Positions 51,011 to 62,764 of a stretch of DNA of 64,000 bases are shown piece by piece. The notes beneath the pieces were generated by a model. The model saw only the letters and a list, made by a program, of their open reading frames with translations, had not been told where the DNA came from and did not search any database. The stretch comes from Microcoleus sp. (GTDB taxonomy: Bacteria; Cyanobacteriota; Cyanobacteriia; Cyanobacteriales; Microcoleaceae), in the NCBI GenBank assembly GCA_042408215.1, contig JAYFMW010000006.1, positions 64,001 through 128,000 of the forward strand, in the 5' to 3' direction. Every line of letters starts with the position of its first letter. Within the stretch, counting starts at the first letter, position 1. The position numbers and the translations under genes are program-made.

Positions 51011-51532
51011 TTAATCTACCATCGAAAACATCAATTCCCCTTCACAAGCTTTTTGGCCGTTAACTTCAGCGCGAGCCTGCATTTTTCCGAAGCGGCGGCG
51101 TTTTACCCACAGCAATTCTACAGTCATCAGCAACTGATCTCCTGGTACAACCGGACGGCGGAACTTAACTTGATCGATCCCAGCAAACATCCACAATCCT
51201 TTGTCTATATCCGGCAATTGACTGAGAACAATACCACCAACTTGAGCCATCGCTTCTACAATCAATACTCCAGGCATAATTGGCCTTCCTGGAAAATGCC
51301 CTTGAAAATGTGGTTCGTTGAAAGTCACATTTTTAATTCCTACCGCCCGCACTCCAGGCACATAATCAATAATTTTGTCTACCAGTGCAAAAGGATAGCG
51401 GTGAGGCAATAATTTCTGAATTTCTTCCACAGTAAAAGTGGATTTAACTATTGCAGAATCCCGCTCGTTCTCGGTTTTAACGGATTCAGAATCAGCAGTA
51501 TTGATGGTGTTAACTTCAGTCAGCGTGGACAT
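51011..51532 (-). CDS. fabZ: 3-hydroxyacyl-ACP dehydratase
   Basis: [43 protein letters not shown]. Confidence 0.97.
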   Translation of the reverse strand: MSTLTEVNTINTADSESVKTENERDSAIVKSTFTVEEIQKLLPHRYPFALVDKIIDYVPGVRAVGIKNVTFNEPHFQGHFPGRPIMPGVLIVEAMAQVGGIVLSQLPDIDKGLWMFAGIDQVKFRRPVVPGDQLLMTVELLWVKRRRFGKMQARAEVNGQKACEGELMFSMVD

Positions 51533-51688
51533 TTCTTGAATATTTTTGAGTGTGGTAAAAACGCGAGGAATCGCGTGTTGGATTGTGAATCTGGTGAACC
51601 CTACAGCCCGCCTGGGGTTGAAACCCCTTGCTAATAGCTAAAGTCCACTGAAAGTGGACTGCAATCTTAACGGATCACCTGTTTTTTT

Positions 51689-52553
51689 CTAACTTGTCTC
51701 TAGCGTTGCTAGAGCTTGCGAGTTCAGGGCTAAGCCCAGTTGGACATGGAGGTTGTGACTGGCTTTGTAAGCCACGTAGTGAGCTGTTGGCCAAGTTCCC
51801 AGCAGACTGAGATCGCCTACTAAGTCTAGGATTTTATGGCGCACTGGTTCATTGGCAAATCTCAAGGGCGGGTTGAGCCAGCCGGAGCGATCGCAAACTA
51901 AGGCGTTATCTAGGCTACCACCTTTGATCAAACCTGCTTGTCGCAATTGGTCAACTTGGCGGGCCAGTCCAAAAGTCCGAGCCGGGGCGATCGCACTTAC
52001 AAAACTTTCTACCTCTGGCGACCAACTGTACCACTGATTGCCGATCGCGGGTTCATCAAAATCAATTCCGTAGCTAAACCGAGTTTCCGCAGCAGGTAAA
52101 GCGGCCACAAAAGCATCACCATGACGCACCCAAACGGGATTGAGAACCGGGGAATTTAGCCCGTTTTCTGCTGGGTGTACCAATTCTTGGGCGACTAATC
52201 CCACACGGGCGATCGCCTCCACCCAAACCAGGGCAGAACCGTCCATTAGAGGCACTTCCGGGCCATCAACCTCAATTCGAGCATTATCCGCCCCCATGCC
52301 CGCCAAAGCCGCTAATAGATGCTCTACAGTGCGGATTTGAGCATCAGCCGCACCCAGCCAGTTCCGTCGAAAGAGCAGTCTGACAAACCGCCTCAATTTT
52401 TGCAGGAATGATCGGAGCACCGGGCAAGTCAATTCTGACAAAATAGCGACCTTCCCCAACTGCCGCGGGCAACACTCGGACGCGAGTCTGTTCGCCGCTG
52501 TGCAAACCGATTCCCGACAGTTCAAATTCAGATGCTAGAGTACGTTGAATCAT
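51689..52553 (-). CDS. lpxC: UDP-3-O-acyl-GlcNAc deacetylase, with a 1-bp frameshift (probable sequence error)
   Basis: MIQRTL..GIGLHSG in one frame. TVEHLLAAL and [11 protein letters not shown] in the next. The shift is near 52353. Confidence 0.9.
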
Positions 52554-53178
52554 GAGTCAGTAGTCAGTAGTCAGTAGTCAGTAGTCATTAGTCATTAGTC
52601 AGTAGTCAGTAGTCATGAGTCAGTGGTCAGTGGTCAGTGGTTAGTGGTCATTAGTCAGTAGTCAGTGGTTAGTGGTCATTAGTCAGTGGTCAGTGGTCAG
52701 TGGTCAGTGGTTAATGGTCAGTGGTTAGTGGTCAGTAGTCAGTAGCCAGTGGTTAGTGGTTAGTGGTTAGTGGTCATTGGTCAGTAGTCAGTAGCCAGTA
52801 GTCATATCGTTGACCGTTGCATCGGAATTATTTAACCGCAGAGAACACAGAGGACACAGAGGGAGAGAATAGAGATCTGAATACAGGAGGATGCTACCGG
52901 ATTTGATATCGGTGGTTAGTGGTCAGTGGTCAGTGGTTAGTGGTTAGTGGTTAGTGACTAATAACTAATGACTAATAACTACTGACTAATGACTACTGAC
53001 TAATGACTACTGACTACTGACTAATAACTACTGACTACTGACTAATGACTAATGACTAATGACTAATGACTACTGACTACTGACTAATGACTAATGACTA
53101 ATGACTAATGACTAATGACTACTGACTACTGACTAATGACTAATGACTACTGACTACTGACTAATGACTAATGACTAA
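52553..53178. repeat. Long STRR region with inverted halves and a central IS630-type MITE (52804-52909)
   Basis: AGTCAGT/AGTGGTC units, then GACTAAT/GACTACT units. The MITE ends in GATGCTACCGGATTTGATAT. Confidence 0.85.
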
Positions 53179-55609
53179 TTAGAATCTTTCCCCAATCCCA
53201 AAGTGAATTTGATTGTCGCCGCTGTCGTTGATACCGTAATCGATCCGGATCGGCCCTAACGGAGATTGAATCCGCACGCCGAGGCCGTAGCCATAACCGC
53301 TACCGGGTTTTCTCCTGATACCGGCTGGATCGCCGGGGACATCTTTCCCCGTGCCTAAGTCAGTACCGGCGTCCACAAATAGCGCTCCGCCGATAAATGA
53401 AATAATCGGGAAACGGTACTCAACGCTGGCTTCTAGGAAGCTGCGGCCTGCTCCCATGTCGCCTTCGTTGTATCCCCGGACGGAGTTAGCGCCGCCCAAG
53501 GCAAAAGCTTCGTAGGGAGGCAAATCTCCGAAGATGGTGCCGCCTTTAAAACTAAATGCCAAGGTTTGAGGGCCGGGGCTAAAGTTGGTGTACTTGACTG
53601 GGAGGTAAAAGCTGTAGCTGGCCCGCAGGCGGTTGAGCAGGATGCTGCCGGAACCTACAGGAATCGACTGTTCGACGCCAAACCTGAGCAGGGAACCGCT
53701 GGTGGGCCGCAGGGGGTCGTTGCGTCGATCGCGCACAGCACCTGCTTGGAAGGTTGTCAAGTCGTCGGAACCGGAATTGCTAAAACTCAACAGGTTGCCG
53801 AGTTCGTCTTTGGATTCGCGTCGGATTTTGCGATCGGTAATTGAAATCCGCTGGTACTGCAAGCCGACAGAAGCCGTCCACTCTGAATCGGCAAAAGGAT
53901 TGCGTGACAGGGGACGAGTAAAATTGATGCCGCCACCGGTGCGGATGATGCGGGGTCGATCGCCATTGGGTAGGAAGACTTCGCGATCGCCACCGTCAAA
54001 AATCACACTGATCGATTGTCTTCTAAACGCATTAACCGTATAAGAAGTCCGGTAAGGATCGCCCGCAATCCAAGGATCTGTAAAACTCAAGTCAAACAGA
54101 TTTTGGCGTTCCCCGATTTGCACCTCAGCGCCCAACTTCTGGTTCCTACCCCCCAAGTTTTGCTGCTGGTAACTCACCGTACCGAACAAACCCGTAGCGG
54201 AACTCAAACCCGCACCCGCCGCCAGAGAACCGGTATTTTTCTCAATCACATTGACAATTACCCTTGCCTTACGGGGGTCAGTCGTTCCCGGTTCCAAAGC
54301 AAGCCGCACGTCTTCAAAAATCCCCAAACCAAAAACCCGCCTCAAATCCCTTTCCGCTTTCGTGCGGTTGAATATGTCTCCGGGCTTGAGTTCTACTTCG
54401 CGGGTGATGACAAAGCGGCGAGTATTGCCGCCAATGGGCTGACCGGTGGCATCCGTTGCTTCTCCCTCCTTGTTCAGGAAGCGGATATCGACCGATTCGA
54501 TTTGGCCTTCTGCCACTAGGAGCGTTACTTTCCCGTCGTCGGCTACTTGTGGGGGCATCAGTGATTTGGCCTAACACAAAGCCGTTATCTTGATACCACT
54601 TATTAATTTTTTGTACACCCTCCTCAAAGCGGCGGAGGTTGAGAATTTTGCCGTACTGTTCGCGGAAGCTGTCGTCAATGACGCTTTGGGGGAGCACTTG
54701 CTGGCCGGTGATTTGGACTCCCCGCAGCACTGGATTTGCCTGCACGATAAAAGTCACCCGCACGCCCAAAGGGGTGTCTTCCGGTACGGCCCGCACATTT
54801 CTGAAAAAGCCCGTAGCAAAAATAGCATTAATGTCTTGTTGCAGTTGGGTGCGGTTAGTCGTGCGTCCCGGTTGGGTGCTGATGACTCGGTAAATCTCAC
54901 TTTCCAGGTCTCCCGTCACCCCGCTGACTTTAACTTCTGCCACTAGCACCTGCGGCCCAGCCGCAGGCGTGGGTGCGGGGCTTTGTCTGGGCTGCGGTGT
55001 CGGGGCAGAGGGCAATGAGGGCAGAGTGTTAGCGGGAGGTGTTGCAGGGGCCGGTCTAGTTGGGGCCGGTCTAGTTGGAGCCGGTCTAGTTGGAGCCGGT
55101 CTAGTTGGAATTTGGGCGTTTTGAGTCGCCCCCGATTCGTCCTGTTTCCCCTGGTCTACTGCGACTGAGGCTGGCGAAACAACGGCTGACGAGGGGGGGA
55201 CTTGGCTGTCATCCTGTTTCGCGTCTGCCCCTTGATTTGGGCTGCTAGACGCGAGTCCGCGATCGGATTCTACATCGGCTTTGGGTTCAAAGCTGGGAGT
55301 CGTAACGGGGGACGATGGTTCTGTGAGTCGGTTTGGGCGATCGCGATCGTCCTCTCTTCTGGCCGGGGCCGCAGCAACTATTTTGAGGGCTTCTATTTTA
55401 CTGGCTTTAACCACAACCTGTTTTTGAGGAGGATTTTCAGTTAATTCTCCAAGGTTGAGTTCTGGCGATGCGATCGACTGGGCGGGAGGAACGGCGGCCG
55501 ACACTTTCTCTGCTGATTCAGAGTAGGATGTTTGGCCGCTTGCAGAATTTGATAACCCGAATGTTGCTGAGACAGTAAGAACTGCCACCAATACAGCAGA
55601 TAAGCGCAT
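53179..55609 (-). CDS. bamA: Omp85/BamA outer membrane protein assembly factor, with a 1-bp frameshift (probable sequence error)
   Basis: Signal peptide, Pro-rich linker (PTRPA x4), POTRA domains, GGANSVRGY and C-terminal GERF. The shift is at the G5 run 54551-54555. Confidence 0.9.
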
Positions 55610-55795
55610 TTTTGTTCACTTTTTTGGAATCCACACACCACATTAATCATCAGTCATCAGTCATCAGTCATTAGTCATTAGTCATTAGTCATTAGTTATT
55701 GAGTCGCTTGAATTTGCCACTGACTGCTAACTGTTGACTGCTGAGTGCTGAATGTCCGTGACAAACTGTGCAATTGTAGCGCATTGCTAATGCCT

Positions 55796-56524
55796 CTAGA
55801 GTTTCTGAGCCAGAACCCGCTTCAGAACTTGCTGGTAAGCGGTTTCCACTGAACCCAAGTCGCGGCGGAATCGGTCTTTGTCCATCACACGGGCGTCGGG
55901 ATCGGTTTCTGCGTTGTCCCAAAGCCGGCAAGTGTCGGGACTGATTTCGTCGGCGAGGATCAGGTTTTGATGTTGGTCTATACCGAATTCCAGTTTGAAG
56001 TCTACCAGGGTGATGCCACACTGACTGAAAAATTCTTTGAGAATTTCGTTAATTTCTCTGGCGGCGCGATCGAGTTGGTCTACTTGTTCCGGGCTGGCTA
56101 GCTGCATTAGCAGCAGCCTGTCGCGAGTCAGCAGCGGGTCTCCCAAATCGTCGTTTTTGTAATAAAACTCTACCAGCGGGGGATTGACAATTGTGCCGAG
56201 GGCGAGTCCGGTTTGTTTGCAAAGGCTACCGGCGGCTATGTTTCTGACGACGACTTCCAATGGCAAGATTTGGACGCGGCAGACTCGCATCTGGTTGGGC
56301 GCTGGTGTGTCGATGAAGTGGGTGGGAATGCCTTTGGCTTCTAGCATCCGAAATAGGTGGGCAGACATGGTGCAATTGATTTCGCCTTTGCCGAGGATGC
56401 TACCGCGTTTCTGGGCGTTAAAAGCCGTGGCGTCGTCCTTGAAGTGGGTCAGCAAAATTTCGCTGTCTTCGGTGGAGTAGAGGATTTTGGCTTTGCCTTC
56501 GTAGAGTTGACGATCGACTGACAT
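55796..56524 (-). CDS. purC: Phosphoribosylaminoimidazolesuccinocarboxamide synthase
   Basis: LYEGKAK, PLEVVVRNIAAGS, LVDFKLEFG, LADEISPDTCRLWD. Confidence 0.98.
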   Translation of the reverse strand: MSVDRQLYEGKAKILYSTEDSEILLTHFKDDATAFNAQKRGSILGKGEINCTMSAHLFRMLEAKGIPTHFIDTPAPNQMRVCRVQILPLEVVVRNIAAGSLCKQTGLALGTIVNPPLVEFYYKNDDLGDPLLTRDRLLLMQLASPEQVDQLDRAAREINEILKEFFSQCGITLVDFKLEFGIDQHQNLILADEISPDTCRLWDNAETDPDARVMDKDRFRRDLGSVETAYQQVLKRVLAQKL

Positions 56525-56739
56525 AGGGATGTAATCAGGTAAGTAAGTTTGAGTTTTTAGATTAGCTCGATCGGGCGTTATTGGCGAGTTTTTTGCCTCG
56601 GCGGTGGATGAATAACCCGCGCTGGCCTATGGCACCCGCCGATAGATGGGACTGGCGCATGAGGCATAGTTTGATCTAGAGCGCGCGATCGACACAATGT
56701 AGAAAGCAGAAGGTACAATCGAAATCATACCTTTACCAT

Positions 56740-58239
56740 GATTTTTGGGTCTAAAGCCCCGTCCTTCTAGGACGGCTTTTTCTCTCGAATCAACCTCTTG
56801 ATGGCAGCAGATAAGCTACACCCCCATTCAGAAGCTATTTCCGTCAGAATCTTAAACTCTTTCTCGTCCAAATAGGCGGGAACAGGATGCTTTTTAGTTG
56901 TCATAAGACCGCTCAAAGTAATAACATTGTGTTCTTATAGTGAAGAGGAGGTAATAATACAATGTTTGGATGTCAGCAGATATTAATCAGCCCAGACAAA
57001 AATCTAAAAGCGATCTTAGAGTTTTTGTGTGGTGAAGCTACCAAGCTTGCCAACTGTGGAACCTACTATACTCGTCAGTTGTATTTCAAGAATGGTAAAA
57101 TCCCCAGCAAATACGACTTGCATCGGGAGTTAACCAATAATCCTCATTTTGGAGCAATATATTCGCAAGTGGCTCAACAATGCCTAAGGACAGTGGCAGA
57201 GTCCTTTAAGTCATTTATTGGACTGCTCAAAGCTGTCAAGTCTGGCAAGACAGACCAGAAGCCTAAGCTTCCTGGCTATCGAGATGGAGGGTTAACTTTG
57301 GTCACATTTCCAAAGCAAGCGGTCAAGCTTAAACCTAAAGGATTGCGATTCCCTTTGGGCAATAAAGTTAAAGTCTGGTTTGGTCTGGCTGAGTTCTACT
57401 TGCCCATGCCGTCAAACCTTGAATACAAATCCATCAGAGAGTATCGGATTCTGCCCAGAAATGGAGAGTTCTATCTAGAGCTTGTCTATCAGATTCCATC
57501 CATTCAGGCTGATGTAGATTTTGCCACAGCCCTAGGGATTGACCCCGGATTGAACAACTGGCTGACCTGTGTGAGCAATGTAGGCACATCTCTAATCGTG
57601 GACGGCTTGCACTTAAAGTCTTTGAATCAGTGGTACAACAAGCGAGTATCAGTCCTGAAAGAAAACCAGCTACAAGGGTTTTGGTCTAAACATCTAGCCG
57701 GAATCACCCAGAAGCGCAACCGTCAAGTTAGAGATGCGGTCAACAAAGCGACTCGACTGGTAATCAATCACTGCTTAGAAAACCGCATTGGTACAGTGGT
57801 TTTTGGCTGGAATAAAGGACAACGGCAAGAGATTAACTTGCTCGCCAAAACAAATCAGAAGTTTGTTCAAATCCCGACCGCCAGACTGAAAAATCGGATT
57901 GCTCAATTGTGTGAGCGGTATGGCTTGAAGTTTGTTGAGACCGAAGAATCGTATACATCCAAGGCGTCATTCCTGGACTCTGACCTGCTACCTACATTCG
58001 GCGAAAAACCTGAAGGGTGGCAAGGGTCTGGTAAGCGAGTAAAGCGTGGTCTGTATTGTTCGGCTAATGGCACAAAAATAAATGCTGACTGCAATGGCGC
58101 AGCCAACATTTTAAGAAAAGTAGCGGTGAAGTTGGGATTAAATCTCAGCGGAATCAGTAGGGGTGCTTTGACTGCGCCTTTTAGAATTCAGTTATGGATT
58201 GCTAAAGAATCCCCGTCTCTTTGGAGCGGGGAGTGTCAA
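56740..58239 (+). mobile_element. IS200/IS605 family element carrying only tnpB (IS1341-like)
   Basis: Left-end hairpin AAAGCCCCGTCCTTCTAGGACGGCTTT and right end AAGAATCCCCGTCTCTTTGGAGCGGGGAGTGTCAA. The left boundary is approximate. Confidence 0.85.
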
Positions 58240-58278
58240 CATTCTCCCTTAACAGACCCGATGCCTGTTCCACAATAG
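56962..58278 (+). CDS. tnpB: RNA-guided endonuclease TnpB, intact ORF
   Basis: LGIDPGLNN, ETEESYTSK, INADCNGAANILRK. GAGGAGG RBS. Confidence 0.93.
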   Translation: MFGCQQILISPDKNLKAILEFLCGEATKLANCGTYYTRQLYFKNGKIPSKYDLHRELTNNPHFGAIYSQVAQQCLRTVAESFKSFIGLLKAVKSGKTDQKPKLPGYRDGGLTLVTFPKQAVKLKPKGLRFPLGNKVKVWFGLAEFYLPMPSNLEYKSIREYRILPRNGEFYLELVYQIPSIQADVDFATALGIDPGLNNWLTCVSNVGTSLIVDGLHLKSLNQWYNKRVSVLKENQLQGFWSKHLAGITQKRNRQVRDAVNKATRLVINHCLENRIGTVVFGWNKGQRQEINLLAKTNQKFVQIPTARLKNRIAQLCERYGLKFVETEESYTSKASFLDSDLLPTFGEKPEGWQGSGKRVKRGLYCSANGTKINADCNGAANILRKVAVKLGLNLSGISRGALTAPFRIQLWIAKESPSLWSGECQHSPLTDPMPVPQ

Positions 58279-58413
58279 TTATAGCAACCTGATCTGTGCA
58301 GCCGGACCGGCTCAATTGCTGAAACTATTGATTTGATTGATTTTATGGCATTTTCACATCTAATTCTTCCTTCTGCTATACTACACACAAAAGACCTATA
58401 GAAAGGCTGATTT

Positions 58414-58845
58414 ATGGAAGAAAAAAAAATTCATATCCTCTTAGTAGAAGATGATGAGGTCGATGTGATGAACCTTCGGCGTGCCTTCAAAAAAAATAAC
58501 ATCGTCAACCCTATTTACTTAGCGGGAAATGGATTAGAGGCTCTTGCTATCTTGCGCGGAGAAGCTAAGATAGAGCCTGCCATGCCTCAAGCGCGCAGGT
58601 TGGTTTTGCTGGACTTGAATATGCCGAAAATGAACGGGATTGAGTTTTTGCGAAAATTGCGGATGGATGAAAAATTGAGGTCGCTTCCGGTGATAGTCCT
58701 CACAACTTCCAATGAAGATAGAGATAAGGTAGAAGCTTATAATTTGAATGTGGCTGGCTATATTCTTAAACCTGTCACTTTTTCTAATTTTGTTGAAGTT
58801 ATGTCTACGCTCAACAAATACTGGATGTTGAACGAAATACCATAA
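58414..58845 (+). CDS. Single-domain response regulator (Rcp1-like)
   Basis: ILLVEDD, LLDLNMPKMNG, VIVLTTS, AGYILKP, KYW. Confidence 0.9.
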   Translation: MEEKKIHILLVEDDEVDVMNLRRAFKKNNIVNPIYLAGNGLEALAILRGEAKIEPAMPQARRLVLLDLNMPKMNGIEFLRKLRMDEKLRSLPVIVLTTSNEDRDKVEAYNLNVAGYILKPVTFSNFVEVMSTLNKYWMLNEIP

Positions 58846-58945
58846 AAAAATCCAAATTTAAAAAACAGCTGCTAAATTTATAGGGCGCTTTGGCCTGGTT
58901 AATTATTATTTACCCGCTCGCAGTTAGTTCAGAGTAATCCAAGAT

Positions 58946-61900
58946 TTGGTTGTTATGAAAAAAGGGATCAAAATTCTGATAGTTGATGACGATGAAGTCG
59001 ATCGGATGGCGGTGAGGCGATCGCTCAAGTCGGCGGGAATTTTGGTGGAAGTTTCTGAAGCAGAAAACTGCGCCGCAGCCCTAGAAAAATTATCCATCAG
59101 CCAAGATGATATCGCGGCAGCAAAACTCTCGAAACAGGAGCAATCTCACAAGTCGATGGAGGCTGAGAATACAGAAAACCAGCTCTTATCCAATCAGATA
59201 TTTGACTGTAAATTTGACTGCGTATTCCTAGACTACCGATTGCCAGATGGGGACGGACTGACTTTGGTAAAATCTCTTCGAGAAGTGGGTTTAAAAGTTC
59301 CCTTAATTGTGCTCACAGGTCAAGGTGACGAACAAATTGCTGTGGAATTGATGAAGGCAGGAGCTTCTGATTATATCGTTAAAGGCAAGCTGTCTTCAGA
59401 TACTTTGTCCCGCAGCTTGCACAATGCCATTCGGGTTTACCGCGCCGAATCTCAGGCGTTTCATACCAGTCAAAAACTTAAGGAAAGTGAAGAACGCTAC
59501 AGGTTAGTTTTAGAGGGAGTTAACGACGGAATTTGGGATTGGGATTTAACTAAAAATCAAGTGTATTGGAACGATCGCCTTTTGGAGATGCTCGGTTTGG
59601 GGCGATCGCAATTTGGCCGCACTATGGAAGCTCTCTACACACGCCTCCACCCCGAAGACAAAGACGGGATTATCCAGGCGATCGAGGCTCACTTGGAGGC
59701 AGAAATAGACTATAATGTAGAATTCCGCCTGCTGCACTCGAACGGTGCTTACCGCTACTGCACTTCTCAGGGAAAAGCTCAGCGGAATTCCCAAGGGAAA
59801 GCGCTGCGGATGGCAGGCATGATTAGCGACATTACCGATCGCAAACAAGCCGAAGATGCTCTAGAAAGAGAACGGCAGCAACTGAGGCAAATTATTACTT
59901 GCGTGCCTGTAGCAATGGCGATGTTCGATACAGAAATGCGCTATTTGGCTAACTCTGACAGATGGCTGACTCAATTCAATTTAAACTTACCATCCCTGAC
60001 TAATTTAAGCCATTACAATTTGTTTCCAGATACCCCAGAGCGGTGGAAAGTGTTGTATCAAGAAGTGCTAAAAGGCGAGGTAATTGCTCGTAGCGAAGAT
60101 GCTTGGGAACGAGCAGACGGCTCTATTTTAGTTTTGCGTTGGGCCGCTCACCCTTGGTACAATTACGATGGCAAAGTAGGGGGAATTGTGATGGTTGCCG
60201 ACAAGATTAATGAGTTGGTGGAAGCGCGGGAAACTGCTCTGAAAGCGAGCTTGATTAAGTCGCAATTCTTGGCGAATATGAGTCACGAAATTCGCACTCC
60301 GATGAATGGGGTTTTGGGCATGGCTCAATTGCTGGTGCAGGCTCCCCTAGAACCGAAACAGCGGGAGTACGCTCAAACTATTTACCGCAGTGCGGAACAT
60401 TTGCTGGGCGTTATTAATGATCTCCTCGATTTCTCTAAAATTGAAGCTGGAGAAATGCGGCTGGAAAAGACGGATTTTGATTTGGATAGCTGCCTTGAGT
60501 CGGTGGTGGAAATGGTGGCGGCTATGGCCGAGGAAAAAGGTATTGAATTAAGTATTGTAGTTGATAGTTCGGTGCCGAGAAAATTGGTGGGCGACTCGGG
60601 CAGGTTAAAGCAAATTTTGCTAAATTTGACTGGTAATGCGATGAAATTTACCGATGGAGGTCAAGTTTTAGTTCACGTAACTGTTAAACTTGGCAACCGA
60701 GTGGCAGATGACAAGCAAGGCACTAAATTGCTATTTTCGGTGCGCGATACTGGGATAGGAATTTCGCCGTCAGGGCAGAAAAAGTTGTTTCAATCTTTCT
60801 CTCAGGTAGATAGTTCTCCTACTAGGGAACACGGCGGCACTGGTTTGGGTTTGGCTATTTGTAAGCAGTTAGTGGAGATGATGGGAGGGGAAATTGGGGT
60901 GCGCAGTTCTCTTGGGGTTGGTTCGACTTTTTGGTTCGCTGTGCCTTTGGAAAAACAGTTGCAAGTCGAGTCTCTGACACCTGAATTTGCGGGTGCGAAG
61001 CTGTTAGTAGTGTCTGGGAGTTCTTTGACGAGGGCGACGGTACGATCGCTCGCTCAAACTTGGGGCGCGCGCTGCGAAGAGGCAGAGACTGCCGATGGAG
61101 CTTTGAGTTGGTTGGAGCAGAATGCAAATAGGGAGATTTATCGGCATTCTGACCATCAAGAAAAGTGCTGCGATGCGGTGCTTATAGACTTGCAAATGCC
61201 ACAGTTTGATGCGGAGGAATTTGAAGAGAAAGTGCGATCGATCTCGGCAATTGGGCCGTTATTGGCAATGACTTCTTTGCGGGAACAGCATCAAGCTGAA
61301 GCGTTTTGCAGTCAAGGTTTTAGCGGCTATTTGGTCAAGCCTGTGAGGGCTTCGAGGCTGAGAGAGGCGCTGAATAAGGCTGTGAAGGGGCAAGGAGAGT
61401 TTAGGAGGACTCAGGGCGATCGTACTTCTGGATTACCCAGTGGTCATTCTCAATCTTTGAATCCGACGAATTCCCAGTCATCGCTGAAAATTTTGCTTGC
61501 GGAAGATAACCCGATTAATCAACAAGTTATTGTCGAACAGTTGGCAGTTTTAGGCTATCATGCTGACTGCGCTGCTAACGGTCAAGAAGCGCTGGATTTG
61601 CTGGGCGCTCGGAGCTACGATCTGGTGCTGATGGACTGTCAAATGCCGGTACTTGACGGTTACGAAACAACGCAAAAATTGCGAGAAATTGAAAAGGGCG
61701 ATCGGCATACTTTTGTGATTGCTTTAACTGCTCACGCCATGCCGGGGGAACGAGAAAAGTGTCTGACTGCGGGCATGGATGATTACCTCAGCAAACCTGT
61801 AGATTTAGAGGCTTTATCAGCGGCAGTGAAAAAGTATGAAAGGGAAAATATGCAGTCTGAAAATAAGTATGAAGTTAAAACTATTAATTTAGCAGAAAAT

Positions 61901-62374
61901 TCTAAATTAGCAACAAATGATACAGAAGTTTTGGAAAAAGCGGGTAATTCGACAGTGCCAGTCCAACGGAAGATCGAACTTCAAACTTGGGTACATGGGG
62001 ATTTTGGCGGGCTATTAGACAAGAACAGATTAGAGCAACTCGGACGGGTTAATATTAACTTGCCACAGCGACTTTTGCAAGCTTTTGTGGGAAACGCCCA
62101 AGCTGATTTGGCAACAGCTAAAATTGCTTTAGAAGCTAAAGATTGGCAAACAGTCGAATATCAAGCTCACCGTCTCAAGGGAACTTGTGCTAATGTGGGA
62201 GTTCCCATCATGGCGGATTTGGCGGCAGAATTGGAGTTTCAGGCGATCGGCTTTCAATCTGAACCGCCAGCCACCCAATTATTAACTATTGAGGGGATTG
62301 AGAATATATTAGTGAATTTGTCAAGTCATTTAACACGGGTGCGGGAATTTGTGGAAACTAGACTGTTTGGTTAA
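58946..62374 (+). CDS. Hybrid histidine kinase (REC-PAS-PAS-HisKA-HATPase-REC-REC-Hpt)
   Basis: [54 protein letters not shown]. The start may be ATG 58955. Confidence 0.93.
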   Translation: MVVMKKGIKILIVDDDEVDRMAVRRSLKSAGILVEVSEAENCAAALEKLSISQDDIAAAKLSKQEQSHKSMEAENTENQLLSNQIFDCKFDCVFLDYRLPDGDGLTLVKSLREVGLKVPLIVLTGQGDEQIAVELMKAGASDYIVKGKLSSDTLSRSLHNAIRVYRAESQAFHTSQKLKESEERYRLVLEGVNDGIWDWDLTKNQVYWNDRLLEMLGLGRSQFGRTMEALYTRLHPEDKDGIIQAIEAHLEAEIDYNVEFRLLHSNGAYRYCTSQGKAQRNSQGKALRMAGMISDITDRKQAEDALERERQQLRQIITCVPVAMAMFDTEMRYLANSDRWLTQFNLNLPSLTNLSHYNLFPDTPERWKVLYQEVLKGEVIARSEDAWERADGSILVLRWAAHPWYNYDGKVGGIVMVADKINELVEARETALKASLIKSQFLANMSHEIRTPMNGVLGMAQLLVQAPLEPKQREYAQTIYRSAEHLLGVINDLLDFSKIEAGEMRLEKTDFDLDSCLESVVEMVAAMAEEKGIELSIVVDSSVPRKLVGDSGRLKQILLNLTGNAMKFTDGGQVLVHVTVKLGNRVADDKQGTKLLFSVRDTGIGISPSGQKKLFQSFSQVDSSPTREHGGTGLGLAICKQLVEMMGGEIGVRSSLGVGSTFWFAVPLEKQLQVESLTPEFAGAKLLVVSGSSLTRATVRSLAQTWGARCEEAETADGALSWLEQNANREIYRHSDHQEKCCDAVLIDLQMPQFDAEEFEEKVRSISAIGPLLAMTSLREQHQAEAFCSQGFSGYLVKPVRASRLREALNKAVKGQGEFRRTQGDRTSGLPSGHSQSLNPTNSQSSLKILLAEDNPINQQVIVEQLAVLGYHADCAANGQEALDLLGARSYDLVLMDCQMPVLDGYETTQKLREIEKGDRHTFVIALTAHAMPGEREKCLTAGMDDYLSKPVDLEALSAAVKKYERENMQSENKYEVKTINLAENSKLATNDTEVLEKAGNSTVPVQRKIELQTWVHGDFGGLLDKNRLEQLGRVNINLPQRLLQAFVGNAQADLATAKIALEAKDWQTVEYQAHRLKGTCANVGVPIMADLAAELEFQAIGFQSEPPATQLLTIEGIENILVNLSSHLTRVREFVETRLFG

Positions 62375-62423
62375 TACAGCACTTTTCAGGTAAGCAAAGG
62401 TAGGGACACTCAAGGGTGCCCTT

Positions 62424-62644
62424 CTTAGTGTCAACTTAAGCCTGAAAGCCTTGGTATCTCTCGTTCATAGCCAAGTCTAGATCCCCCTAAATCCCCCTTC
62501 TTAAGGGGGACGAAAGATCGAACTCTTATCCCCCCCGACTATCAGGGGAGTAGGGGTTGAGTAGGGGGCAAGAATGCGGGGGGATCTAGGCTTAATGGTC
62601 AAACAGCAGTCTCTGACTGGGTTTAACGTTAAGTTGACACTCCT
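62424..62644. mobile_element. Second, inverted copy of the GTGTCAACTTAA MITE
   Basis: Body is the reverse complement of much of 3043-3305. AGTGTCAACTTAA / TTAAGTTGACACT ends, flanked by GTAGGGACAC...GTGTCCCTAC. Confidence 0.85.
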
Positions 62645-62764
62645 TGGGCTCTTGGAGTGTCCCTACTCAGAAATAAATTCGATTAGCTCTCTTTTTTGCT
62701 CTCTTTCTTCACTCTGTGTCCTCTGCGTTCTCTGCGGTAAAAAAAAATAATAATTAATTTAGCT

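Noticed and set aside
55047..55108. 15-bp tandem repeat in bamA
   Set aside because: In-frame PTRPA repeats within the Pro-rich linker that is normal for cyanobacterial Omp85.
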